UHGV virus genome: UHGV-1362809
DNA: 64,000 nt
Source of the DNA: a virus
Reading direction: 5' to 3' (one strand)
Shown here one piece after another: positions 29,525 to 37,537 of this stretch. The stretch's first letter is position 1; the number at the start of each line of letters is the position of its first letter. The notes under the pieces were generated by a model. The model was given only the letters and a program-made list of their open reading frames with translations. It did no database searches and was not told where the DNA came from. Both the position numbers and the translations under genes were made by a program.

Positions 29525-30397
29525 ATGCCTATTCAACATATTGAAAATAATGAAGTTGCTTCCTCTGTTAGAGAAAAACTAAACAACTCCATCGACCAAG
29601 TAAACTCACTTGGCGAGGATATTAAAAACGTAAGATATACAAACGATGTTCCTACTCCTACGGATATTGGAGGCATCAAAAAGGGAACAACGTTTGACAA
29701 CCTTACAATCGGTCAAATTTTAGATGACTTACTGTACCCTTACACGGTTCCTACGGTAGAATTAGTTACCTCTCCTGACCCCAAAGTGCTTAGGGAATAT
29801 GGTGATTCTATTTCACAGCTAACTTTGACAACGGTAATCTCTAAAGGCTCTTCTTCTAACCTAACGGCTACATTTAAACGAGGAGAAGAAGTAATTGGAA
29901 CCTTACCGACCTCTGGTTTTAATGTTACTTTTACATACAAGCCTAATCCTCCTCTTAATGAAGACGCTACTTTTACAGTAGAACTATCTGATGAAAAATC
30001 GACCGCAGTATCTAAAGAAGTATTTTATGACTTTGCGTATCCTTATTATTGTGGTATTTCAAATACAGATAGTGTGGATGAAGTTACAATTAAAGCGTCC
30101 ACAAAGGTGCTGCAATTAAAGGATAACGTAAATCCTCGTTTTACTTGTGTCAACGCCCACCCGTTTTTTGCATTTCCTCCTGATTGGGGCAATGTAATTG
30201 CTATCTATGACACCAACAAATTCAACATCACAGATAGTTTTAATCAGTCTAAAGTATCTATTACGACCAATGATGGTAGAACTACAGAGTATAATTGTTA
30301 TACCCTAAAAACTGCTACAACAATAAATGACTACACAATATATGCTACGTTCAAACCAGAGGGAGTGTTGTCGTGCGTAAAAGCTGTACCTATTTAA
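29525..30397 (+). CDS. hypothetical protein
   Basis: SD AAGGAA. 290 aa. Confidence 0.5.
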   Translation: MPIQHIENNEVASSVREKLNNSIDQVNSLGEDIKNVRYTNDVPTPTDIGGIKKGTTFDNLTIGQILDDLLYPYTVPTVELVTSPDPKVLREYGDSISQLTLTTVISKGSSSNLTATFKRGEEVIGTLPTSGFNVTFTYKPNPPLNEDATFTVELSDEKSTAVSKEVFYDFAYPYYCGISNTDSVDEVTIKASTKVLQLKDNVNPRFTCVNAHPFFAFPPDWGNVIAIYDTNKFNITDSFNQSKVSITTNDGRTTEYNCYTLKTATTINDYTIYATFKPEGVLSCVKAVPI

Positions 30398-30624
30398 AAA
30401 ATGTTTTGATTGGAATAGACCAACTGGTTAATACTTTACTTGGTGGCTATCCTGACGAAACAATGTCTGCAAGGGCGTATCGTCTTGAATATAATGGCAA
30501 ACTAATAGGTAAAACACTCAGACCTATTATTGACTGTATAATGTTCTGGGACGATAATCATTGTAAAGAATCATACGAAAGTGAAGTACTCAAAAAACAA
30601 CTTCCTAAGGACTACGACGTTTAA
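30373..30624 (+). CDS. small hypothetical protein (GTG start, uncertain)
   Basis: GTG start overlaps the upstream gene. 83 aa. Confidence 0.3.
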   Translation: MRKSCTYLKNVLIGIDQLVNTLLGGYPDETMSARAYRLEYNGKLIGKTLRPIIDCIMFWDDNHCKESYESEVLKKQLPKDYDV

Positions 30625-30626
30625 GG

Positions 30627-30655
30627 TTGACATCTAATATAAAATATGTTAGTAT
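30627..30655 (+). promoter_or_regulatory. sigma70-like promoter (TTGACA, 17-nt spacer, TAGTAT)
   Basis: TTGACA at 30627-30632 and TAGTAT at 30650-30655. Confidence 0.35.
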
Positions 30656-30664
30656 GGTAATAAT

Positions 30665-30693
30665 CAGTAAGGTATGTTTATACTCTACTTATA
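30665..30693 (+). repeat. conserved 29-bp intergenic element (copy 1)
   Basis: CAGTAAGGTATGTTTATACTCTACTTATA is 28/29 identical to the copy at 33583-33611. Confidence 0.6.
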
Positions 30694-30714
30694 GGTATCT
30701 TACTGTTTAAGCTG

Positions 30715-30730
30715 AAGGGTTATAACCCTT
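30715..30730 (+). promoter_or_regulatory. perfect 16-bp palindrome (candidate operator) upstream of the 30753 gene
   Basis: AAGGGTTATAACCCTT lies about 20 nt before the SD. Confidence 0.3.
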
Positions 30731-30752
30731 AAACTATTAAAGGAGAATTAGA

Positions 30753-31781
30753 ATGCTTACGGAACAAAATAAAGACTTATATATTAAAATTATGGCTAAT
30801 CCAAAACCCATAGTGGATAAGTTTAGTTTATATAGTGCCAGAGACCTATGCTGCTATAGTGTATCCTGGCTTGGCTATTACAATGTATTGTGGAAAAAAG
30901 GTATCAAACTTATTTCCGTATTTCCTAATAGTCAATACAAAGTTAGAGCATTGAAGATTACTGGGGAGTCTATTCCTATCAGTATGAAAGATTGGGAAAA
31001 AATTAAAAGACAGTTTAAGAAATACCCTACTAATGGTATTAGTGTTAAAGAGAGAATTAAAATGTACTATGAGTATGTAGTAGAATGTAGTTCCTTTAAT
31101 AGGATTAAAAGTCATTTTAATAATAAGAAGGTCTGTATGTTATCCGCTTTTAGACAGGAGGACGAGGAAGGAAATCATATTAGTCTAAAAGAAAATTTAA
31201 GGAGAACGAAAAGGTTAAAGGATAAATTAAAATTTTTAGCTAAATCCTTTAATTGGAGATACTTTGAAGTAGAAGGTTGTTATTTAGAACAGGGTCAAAC
31301 TATTCCTTCTATTGAGAAATCCTTTTTTGTTGTAGCAGATGATAATGATGTGGATTTTAATAAAATAATGATTTCATTAGGAAAGGCTTTTAATCAAGAT
31401 AGTATTTTATTGAAGTCTAAAAAAGATAATGCCTATTATGTTTCTACTAATCAAAAGTCTGATAAAATATCGGGAGTCAAACTTGGTAGATTCGTACCAA
31501 ATGTTATAGGAGAATTTTATTCTAAGCTAAGAGGCAAACCTTTCATCTTTAAGTATTCTAAACCTCATCATTATTTTAAAAATGAAAAAGGAATAAAAAT
31601 AAATAAAATATTGGGCAAACCTAATGCTAATAAATATACTTATTTAGGTATTCCTAACATATATAAACAAGGGAATAAATTTTTAGTTAAGAAATATATA
31701 AAGGGAAAATTATATAAGGAACTTTTTGATACATTACCAGAGGCTAAAACATTTTTAAATAGTCTAAAAAGATTTAGCTAA
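30753..31781 (+). CDS. Lys-rich hypothetical protein
   Basis: SD AAAGGAGAA. 342 aa. Confidence 0.55.
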   Translation: MLTEQNKDLYIKIMANPKPIVDKFSLYSARDLCCYSVSWLGYYNVLWKKGIKLISVFPNSQYKVRALKITGESIPISMKDWEKIKRQFKKYPTNGISVKERIKMYYEYVVECSSFNRIKSHFNNKKVCMLSAFRQEDEEGNHISLKENLRRTKRLKDKLKFLAKSFNWRYFEVEGCYLEQGQTIPSIEKSFFVVADDNDVDFNKIMISLGKAFNQDSILLKSKKDNAYYVSTNQKSDKISGVKLGRFVPNVIGEFYSKLRGKPFIFKYSKPHHYFKNEKGIKINKILGKPNANKYTYLGIPNIYKQGNKFLVKKYIKGKLYKELFDTLPEAKTFLNSLKRFS

Positions 31782-31797
31782 ATAGTAAAAGGTGCAA

Positions 31798-31832
31798 GGG
31801 TGTTGGGATTTACCCAACACCCTATTTTTTTT
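31798..31832 (+). terminator. rho-independent terminator
   Basis: Perfect 10-bp stem GGGTGTTGGG/CCCAACACCC followed by T8. Confidence 0.8.
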
Positions 31833-31836
31833 GTCA

Positions 31837-31854
31837 ATAATTTTAATATATGGT
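31837..31854 (+). promoter_or_regulatory. conserved AT-rich promoter-like motif (copy 4)
   Basis: AATAATTTTAATATATGG overlaps the track's ATG at 31850. Confidence 0.4.
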
Positions 31855-31885
31855 TGCAACCCAAATATATGAAAGAGGTAACAAA

Positions 31886-33523
31886 ATGAAATTTTTAGAT
31901 ATTGTTTTGGCGATGAAAGTTCCAGGCAAAGTCACGAAAAAACAGTGGGTTAAGTTGAGTGACAGCGTTAAAAGAGCTTACGTCAAACTACACCCCACTT
32001 CAATATTCGCTGAATTGTACAAAAAAGAACAGGTAAAGAGAAAGAAAGCTGTTCCCGTTAAAAAGTCACACGTTAAAAAGGTAACTAAGCCTTTGACCCG
32101 TGCTGCGGCTCCTCAGCAATCTTTTATCCAGTACAAGGAATCCACTTTCAAACCTATGTCTAAAATGACGTGGAATAAAGATGATGGTTCTGATATTGTT
32201 GGGGGAGAATATAAAGAACTGCAAGTAGATAAACGTAAGCTCCCAACTCGTAGAGCTCGTTTAGTTGAATATCGTATGACCGACAGTCAGACTCGTTTAG
32301 CTTGTCAGATTTTTAGAGATTTGACGGATAATGGTCTTAAGTTTAATGGTCGTAATGACGAACAGCTAGACACTATGTTAAGAAAAAAGTATGGTAAACG
32401 TTGGGCGAACATTGCTAAAGCTTATCGTGTGTTGCAGGATGATCCTAATAGCTTTGTCAACACTGGTTTGTTTATGTACGAACAACCTGAAGACATTGAA
32501 GTCAATCACATGGCTTGGGCTGTCGAACACGATCCTCGTAATATGCGCTTGTATGAAAATACACCCGTTGAACTGCAAATTAGCTATTTAAAAGCCAACC
32601 CAGATAAAGCTAAGTATGTACACAACTTAAACAAAAAGGCTTCCAAATACATTATAGCCGATAAACAGCAGCACGTTATTAAACCTGACTTAATCAAAAA
32701 AGAAGACGTTAAGAGAGTCGTTGAAAAGAATGAAATTGTAGAGGACAACAAGGATAAAGACATCGTAAAGGTTGAAAAACCTGCCACTACAATTACCCCT
32801 GTAAAAGAGGAAACTAAAAAACCTGAATCCGTTGTCAACACCAAACCCTATGTTTCAATTCTTGACCGAGTTCCTGCTCCTCCAAGACCTGCTCCAACAG
32901 TTGTAAAAGTTGAGCAGCCTAAGAAGGAAGAAGTACAGCTAACAGGTAAAACTGCTAAAATCAATATTGACACGAAGGGCAAAACCAACGAACAGATTTT
33001 GGTTGAACGTCATCACTTAGTTGACCGCCACCTAAAAGCTGGTAACAATGTCAGATTTGATGAATTGGTTGAAGAAGACTGGAACAATATCTTGCACGAT
33101 AAACCAGAAGCTATCTTGCAAATTAAAGATGCTCCAGCTTCCTTGGTGTACAATACAGTCAAGTCCCATAAAGACTTAATTGATAAGCTGAACGACAAAC
33201 AAAAGGCTGAATTGGTAAAAGAAGATGGTATGCTTTTAAAAGAAATTGCAAAACCTGATGAAGAAACCATCAACAATGCGATTGACAGTAATGCTGCGGC
33301 TATTCAGTTTGTCAAAAACCCGACTGAAGATCAGCAACAGAGAGCTGTTATAAACAACTTGTTCGCTTTTAGATACATCAAAAATCCATCTCCTGAGGTT
33401 AAAGAGATTTATGACAACCTAAAAGAGGACTATGATGCGCAGAAAAAACAGGGTAAAACAATGATTAATATGTATACCCTGTCTAAATTGCAAAAAGCAA
33501 AAGCGTTGGCAAAAATAAAATAA
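31886..33523 (+). CDS. KQHPNS-domain family protein 4 (HPTS variant), Lys/Glu-rich
   Basis: The likely start is the ATG at 31886 (MKFLDIV) after an AGAGG SD; the track start at 31850 overlaps the promoter motif. Contains KKQWVKLSDSVKRAYVKLHPTSIFAEL. Confidence 0.55.
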   Translation: MKFLDIVLAMKVPGKVTKKQWVKLSDSVKRAYVKLHPTSIFAELYKKEQVKRKKAVPVKKSHVKKVTKPLTRAAAPQQSFIQYKESTFKPMSKMTWNKDDGSDIVGGEYKELQVDKRKLPTRRARLVEYRMTDSQTRLACQIFRDLTDNGLKFNGRNDEQLDTMLRKKYGKRWANIAKAYRVLQDDPNSFVNTGLFMYEQPEDIEVNHMAWAVEHDPRNMRLYENTPVELQISYLKANPDKAKYVHNLNKKASKYIIADKQQHVIKPDLIKKEDVKRVVEKNEIVEDNKDKDIVKVEKPATTITPVKEETKKPESVVNTKPYVSILDRVPAPPRPAPTVVKVEQPKKEEVQLTGKTAKINIDTKGKTNEQILVERHHLVDRHLKAGNNVRFDELVEEDWNNILHDKPEAILQIKDAPASLVYNTVKSHKDLIDKLNDKQKAELVKEDGMLLKEIAKPDEETINNAIDSNAAAIQFVKNPTEDQQQRAVINNLFAFRYIKNPSPEVKEIYDNLKEDYDAQKKQGKTMINMYTLSKLQKAKALAKIK

Positions 33524-33536
33524 ACGCTTTACCAGA

Positions 33537-33570
33537 TACCCCTACTATGTTTATATAATGTGGTAGGGGT
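33537..33570 (+). terminator. weak hairpin/terminator
   Basis: 8-bp stem ACCCCTAC...GTAGGGGT with a large loop and a poor T-tract. Confidence 0.25.
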
Positions 33571-33582
33571 ATATTTATGAAG

Positions 33583-33611
33583 CAGTAAGATATGTTTATA
33601 CTCTACTTATA
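33583..33611 (+). repeat. conserved 29-bp intergenic element (copy 2)
   Basis: CAGTAAGATATGTTTATACTCTACTTATA. Confidence 0.6.
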
Positions 33612-33734
33612 TGCAACTTACAGATGCTAAAAGCAAATATAGTATAAAGTCTGTTTTAAAGTTAAAAGAGTCCGCCGTATATTACCAAGTCCTTCAACTA
33701 TAAAAATTTAAAATATCTAAATCAGGAAAATAAT

Positions 33735-34004
33735 TTGCTCAGTACAAAACACAAATATATAGCTACACAAAATTGCGTTTTAAAATTTAAGGAGTTTCCA
33801 GTAACAGTAGATTTTAATGCTAATCCTAAATCCAAAACAATAGTACAAAAAGATTGTCTTATTTATCTAACACAGGGTCAAATTTTTGAAGTAGACATAT
33901 CTACAGACTATATATGTTATTCAAGTGTGGATGAGTTAATATTAGATGAGAAAGCAATTTTAATACAAAGCGATTGCATACAAAAATATAGGGTGAGGAA
34001 ATAA
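33735..34004 (+). CDS. small hypothetical protein (TTG start; doubtful)
   Basis: TTG start with no ATG alternative. Its end runs into the bidirectional terminator. Confidence 0.25.
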   Translation: MLSTKHKYIATQNCVLKFKEFPVTVDFNANPKSKTIVQKDCLIYLTQGQIFEVDISTDYICYSSVDELILDEKAILIQSDCIQKYRVRK

Positions 34005-34020
34005 TTCCTCACCCTTTTTA
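33991..34020. terminator. bidirectional rho-independent terminator between convergent genes
   Basis: Perfect 10-bp stem GGGTGAGGAA/TTCCTCACCC with loop ATAA. T-rich flanks on both strands. Confidence 0.75.
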
Positions 34021-34035
34021 TTGTGTCATTTTAGC

Positions 34036-34995
34036 CTAAATACTTTGTTTTATGTCTTCCACCGTAAGTTTAATGCCAAGCTGTCTTGTATTAAATACTT
34101 CGTGTTGTCTATGCGGTTCACACCTATCAAAATAGCTTTTTAAGGGCGACAGCAGTTTAGGCTTAGAGGTATCTATTGTTTTCAACACCAGCATACTATC
34201 CCCAAAACACCGTCTATGTTCTTTGTACTTTACTGGTAGTTTGTTTAGGTTCGTATATTCATTATCTACAAAAGTAATATACTTAGGATGGGCACATAAT
34301 ATATCCACTTTGGAATACATAATACCAACCAGAGTAGACACATGGTCTGGTAGTTTGTTAGGCAGTAATTTTTGACGTAGCATCCATTTATTTGCGACTA
34401 CGGATAAATTATGTCCTTGTGAAATTTTATCCGTATAACTACCAATTATATATGCGAAAGCTAAGGACTCACTTCCTATTTTATCAAATGACCCTACATA
34501 AATCTCATTGTTTTCAGGCTGAGGAAATTGATTAAGACTATATAGAGATTCATAGTCCGTGATGATGATGTTTAAGTCAAATCTATCGTCGTCTCTGTAA
34601 GTTCTTCTAATTATACCATCGTAAGAGGAATAAGTAACTCTTACTTTTAGATAATTACATTTAGTTGCTTCATCTATTTCCTCTTGGCTAAACTTGTAGT
34701 ACAGCTGGTTGTCACCTTTAAATACGGATGTATAGTAAAAACTACCTATTTTGGTATGTTTAACAGCTTGAGAGACTACGCCATATTCTTCGCCTTCGTA
34801 AAAAAGTGCATAAGTATCAAGTGTTTCCAAAATAGAATGTAAGGCTTCTACTAAGGAGTGCCTACAGACCACATTTGTTTTGTTGACAAGTTTAGAGAAA
34901 TCAGATACAATCTCCTTATCTTTATTTTGTGTCATTCTTACAGTAAAACAATCTGGTTTATAATAAAAAGGATAACTCATCATTTTACATTCCAA
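34036..34995 (-). CDS. hypothetical protein (last gene of the - strand accessory block)
   Basis: 319-aa ORF that overlaps the upstream gene. Confidence 0.5.
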   Translation of the reverse strand: MECKMMSYPFYYKPDCFTVRMTQNKDKEIVSDFSKLVNKTNVVCRHSLVEALHSILETLDTYALFYEGEEYGVVSQAVKHTKIGSFYYTSVFKGDNQLYYKFSQEEIDEATKCNYLKVRVTYSSYDGIIRRTYRDDDRFDLNIIITDYESLYSLNQFPQPENNEIYVGSFDKIGSESLAFAYIIGSYTDKISQGHNLSVVANKWMLRQKLLPNKLPDHVSTLVGIMYSKVDILCAHPKYITFVDNEYTNLNKLPVKYKEHRRCFGDSMLVLKTIDTSKPKLLSPLKSYFDRCEPHRQHEVFNTRQLGIKLTVEDIKQSI

Positions 34996-35636
34996 GTCAC
35001 ACTGTTATCTGGTATCGTTACAATTATATCTCCATCCTGATTTATATCTACAGATTCAACATCAAATTCGATGGTATTAACACCTTGACGTAAATATAAT
35101 TTTTTAGGCTTGTCAATACTAATGCTTGGCATAGATATTTTGTTGGCCTTATAATAGTTGTCTAAGTATTCTCTGTCCTTAGCGGATAATGTTCTGTCAG
35201 GAGTAAAAGGCTGGTTGCCGTTAGGGTCTTTTTTGGTAAGAGTTAGCCATCCTTCATAGTAAGATGGATTGCTTAGAAGTTTGTACACCATACAAGCTTC
35301 TTCATACCGTTTTGTGCCTCTACAGCAAGAATATAATACCTCTGCTATCCCTAAAAAATGGCAAGCAATAATAACGCCATCCGCTTCCCATGCAGTACAG
35401 TTATCTGCATCATAGGAGCAAAATTCACCCCTTCTTCTAATAGTGTACTCCCGTTCCACTAAAATAGGGTCTTCTTTTGTTGCCGTGTAGCAGTAGATAG
35501 ACTCTAAAGTATAATAATTTTTGGTTCCCCGCATATCTAAAGTACAGGAACCTTTTTCTAAATGTGTAACCCCACAGTCTATTAGGAACTGTGCTGTCCT
35601 ATCCAGTAACTCTATTGAGGATATTTCTCTTGACAT
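34980..35636 (-). CDS. paralog-trio protein 3 (LGI...EACMVYKLL motif)
   Basis: Shares an LGI-x(10-14)-Y-x2-AC-[LM]-[MV]-[FY]-x-L block with the 35659 and 36213 genes. Confidence 0.5.
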   Translation of the reverse strand: MSREISSIELLDRTAQFLIDCGVTHLEKGSCTLDMRGTKNYYTLESIYCYTATKEDPILVEREYTIRRRGEFCSYDADNCTAWEADGVIIACHFLGIAEVLYSCCRGTKRYEEACMVYKLLSNPSYYEGWLTLTKKDPNGNQPFTPDRTLSAKDREYLDNYYKANKISMPSISIDKPKKLYLRQGVNTIEFDVESVDINQDGDIIVTIPDNSVTWNVK

Positions 35637-35658
35637 TATACTACTCCCTCTTAGTAAA

Positions 35659-36213
35659 TTATTCCTTCAACTTTACATAATACATATTACTTGCGTTGTC
35701 GCTAATGAAATTTACCTTTGGAAATTCTATTTTAGGTAATGGTTGTTTTGTTATATCCTTACACCAATCAGGCTTTTTAAGATTGTTTTTGTCATAAAGG
35801 CTCAGCACATAGTCTAAATCTTTACCTTTGAGACATTTACCTATGATATAGCTCGTATGGTTTGAGAGGTCTGGATTTTGTAACTGTCTGAACTGTTGTT
35901 TAAAGTTTTTACCCAGTAGGTTAAACATTAGGCAAGCATGTTTATATTCTGTAGAGTTACGGTTAAGTTTAACTATTTTGTCGATACCGAGACCACACAA
36001 AACCTGTACGATGTAATAAAGGTCTGTGGAATTCGTGGTTATCGAATTTTCAGCGAAACGCCAAGAATCTGTAAATTTAAAAGTATCTATACGCCAAACC
36101 TTATAGTCCCCCTCGAACTCTATAGTATGACCGTCGGGAGTATCCATAGTTTTAATTTCAGCGTCACACAGAAATTGCACCATTTTTTGTACAAGACATT
36201 TATCTATTTTCAT
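35659..36213 (-). CDS. paralog-trio protein 2 (LCGLGIDK...YKHACLMFNLL)
   Basis: Same conserved block as its neighbours. Confidence 0.5.
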   Translation of the reverse strand: MKIDKCLVQKMVQFLCDAEIKTMDTPDGHTIEFEGDYKVWRIDTFKFTDSWRFAENSITTNSTDLYYIVQVLCGLGIDKIVKLNRNSTEYKHACLMFNLLGKNFKQQFRQLQNPDLSNHTSYIIGKCLKGKDLDYVLSLYDKNNLKKPDWCKDITKQPLPKIEFPKVNFISDNASNMYYVKLKE

Positions 36214-36902
36214 TATTTAGAGTCCTTTAAATTATAGGTTGAAATTGTAACTGTATAGTTGTTCTTATCTATCTCTACGTGTGAATCTGTTACTTGTAAG
36301 GTATTTATTACTTTGTCATCAAGCAATAGACATACAGTAATTTTTGGTCTATGTTTGGCATTATTTATTTCGTGCATAGCCACCCAAGATGCAATGCTAT
36401 CTACTATTGCAGGAGGAATTTTTACTTTGTACCTTTTGTATATAGCGAGTACTTTGTGCAGCACAGTATCCGACATTTGTTTGCCAAACTCCCACTCTTG
36501 AGGATCTTTTAGTTCGGAATTAACTAAATGTACATACTCCATTCTTGTACGATCCGTAAACCTAAGTTTGAACATTAGGCAAGCTTGATTGTACAGTATG
36601 CCTGTGAGGGAACCTATATTAGATATTCCTAAGTTAGCTGCAACCTTAAGAAACTGTTTACATTCTTCCTCGGTGTAAGAATCCTTCATTTGGAGTATAT
36701 GATAATCAGGCATTTCAAGTGCCTCTTTTCTTGAAAGGTTGTTTATATAGTTATAACCCAAGATATTGTTATCCACATAGGCAATCAGCCAATTATCAGG
36801 ATTACCGAACACCTTGATACCGCATAGGGAACCATAGTCTCTTACTACTGGTAAATTAGTGTCAAACATAAATTTGACAATAGCATAAATCTGACTTTTC
36901 AT
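36213..36902 (-). CDS. paralog-trio protein 1 (ANLGISNIG...YNQACLMFKL)
   Basis: SD TAGGAG. First gene after the internal terminator/promoter. Confidence 0.5.
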   Translation of the reverse strand: MKSQIYAIVKFMFDTNLPVVRDYGSLCGIKVFGNPDNWLIAYVDNNILGYNYINNLSRKEALEMPDYHILQMKDSYTEEECKQFLKVAANLGISNIGSLTGILYNQACLMFKLRFTDRTRMEYVHLVNSELKDPQEWEFGKQMSDTVLHKVLAIYKRYKVKIPPAIVDSIASWVAMHEINNAKHRPKITVCLLLDDKVINTLQVTDSHVEIDKNNYTVTISTYNLKDSK

Positions 36903-36940
36903 TTAGATACTCCTAAACTTGTTTTATATGTATATTTACA

Positions 36941-36974
36941 ACAAAAAAATACCGTGAGGAGTTAACTCCTCACG
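36941..36974 (-). terminator. rho-independent terminator for the upstream - strand operon, with an AT-rich promoter-like tract at 36905-36940
   Basis: Perfect 10-bp stem CCGTGAGGAG/CTCCTCACGG with loop TTAA. On the - strand it is followed by TATTTTTTTG and then GTAAATATACATATAAAAC. Confidence 0.75.
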
Positions 36975-36982
36975 GTTTGTCT

Positions 36983-37537
36983 CTACAAGGTGGCATAATC
37001 TTGAAAATTTTCCAGCCTATACAAAAACCTTAGTTTTTCATAATCATTAGACGCATTTATGTATTGTTTATTTATATTTCTAGTTGTATATAAATAATAT
37101 GCATCTAAGAAATACACATTACACGTAGACAATAAAGTATCTAACGCTTTTGTTGTTGGGTTGTCCATAACCACTAATAACATACCATCATGCCCTTTTA
37201 TTATAATGCCTCCTTTTTTTAAAAATACTTCAGTTAATTTAATAGCATTAGTATTATTATTTAGAACTTTATAATAGTGACAAATAAATTCAAGATGATC
37301 TACACTATCCGTAGTTATAAAGTTTCCGTCACTAAATATATACCCACACTTATTTTTTTTTGTTTTATTACTTAGCTGTTCTTCTACTGAGCATCTATTA
37401 TTCCACAAAAGTTCTGCGTATTCCTCATTATCACATTCGACTTTAACAGTTAATCCTTCTCCTAAACAACCCATACATTGTATAATATTACCATGGTTAG
37501 AAGGAAGTTTTCCACAGAAAGGACATGGCTTTAACAT
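36983..37537 (-). CDS. protein with N-terminal Lar-like (restriction alleviation family) zinc ribbon
   Basis: N-terminus MLKPCPFCGK...C.GC...AELLWNNRC resembles the Lar family CPFCG ribbon, recalled from memory rather than aligned. Confidence 0.45.
   Translation of the reverse strand: MLKPCPFCGKLPSNHGNIIQCMGCLGEGLTVKVECDNEEYAELLWNNRCSVEEQLSNKTKKNKCGYIFSDGNFITTDSVDHLEFICHYYKVLNNNTNAIKLTEVFLKKGGIIIKGHDGMLLVVMDNPTTKALDTLLSTCNVYFLDAYYLYTTRNINKQYINASNDYEKLRFLYRLENFQDYATL

Noticed and set aside
33524-33734. Searched intergenic gaps (9309-9452, 30625-30752, 33524-33734) for tRNA-like cloverleaves
   Set aside because: No acceptor-stem, T-arm or anticodon-arm arrangement was apparent by eye. This cannot be excluded without tRNAscan.
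34980-36902. LAGLIDADG homing endonucleases for the paralog trio (LCGLGIDK)
   Set aside because: Only one of the three has a loose resemblance to the motif. Three tandem homing endonucleases would be unusual. Not supported.
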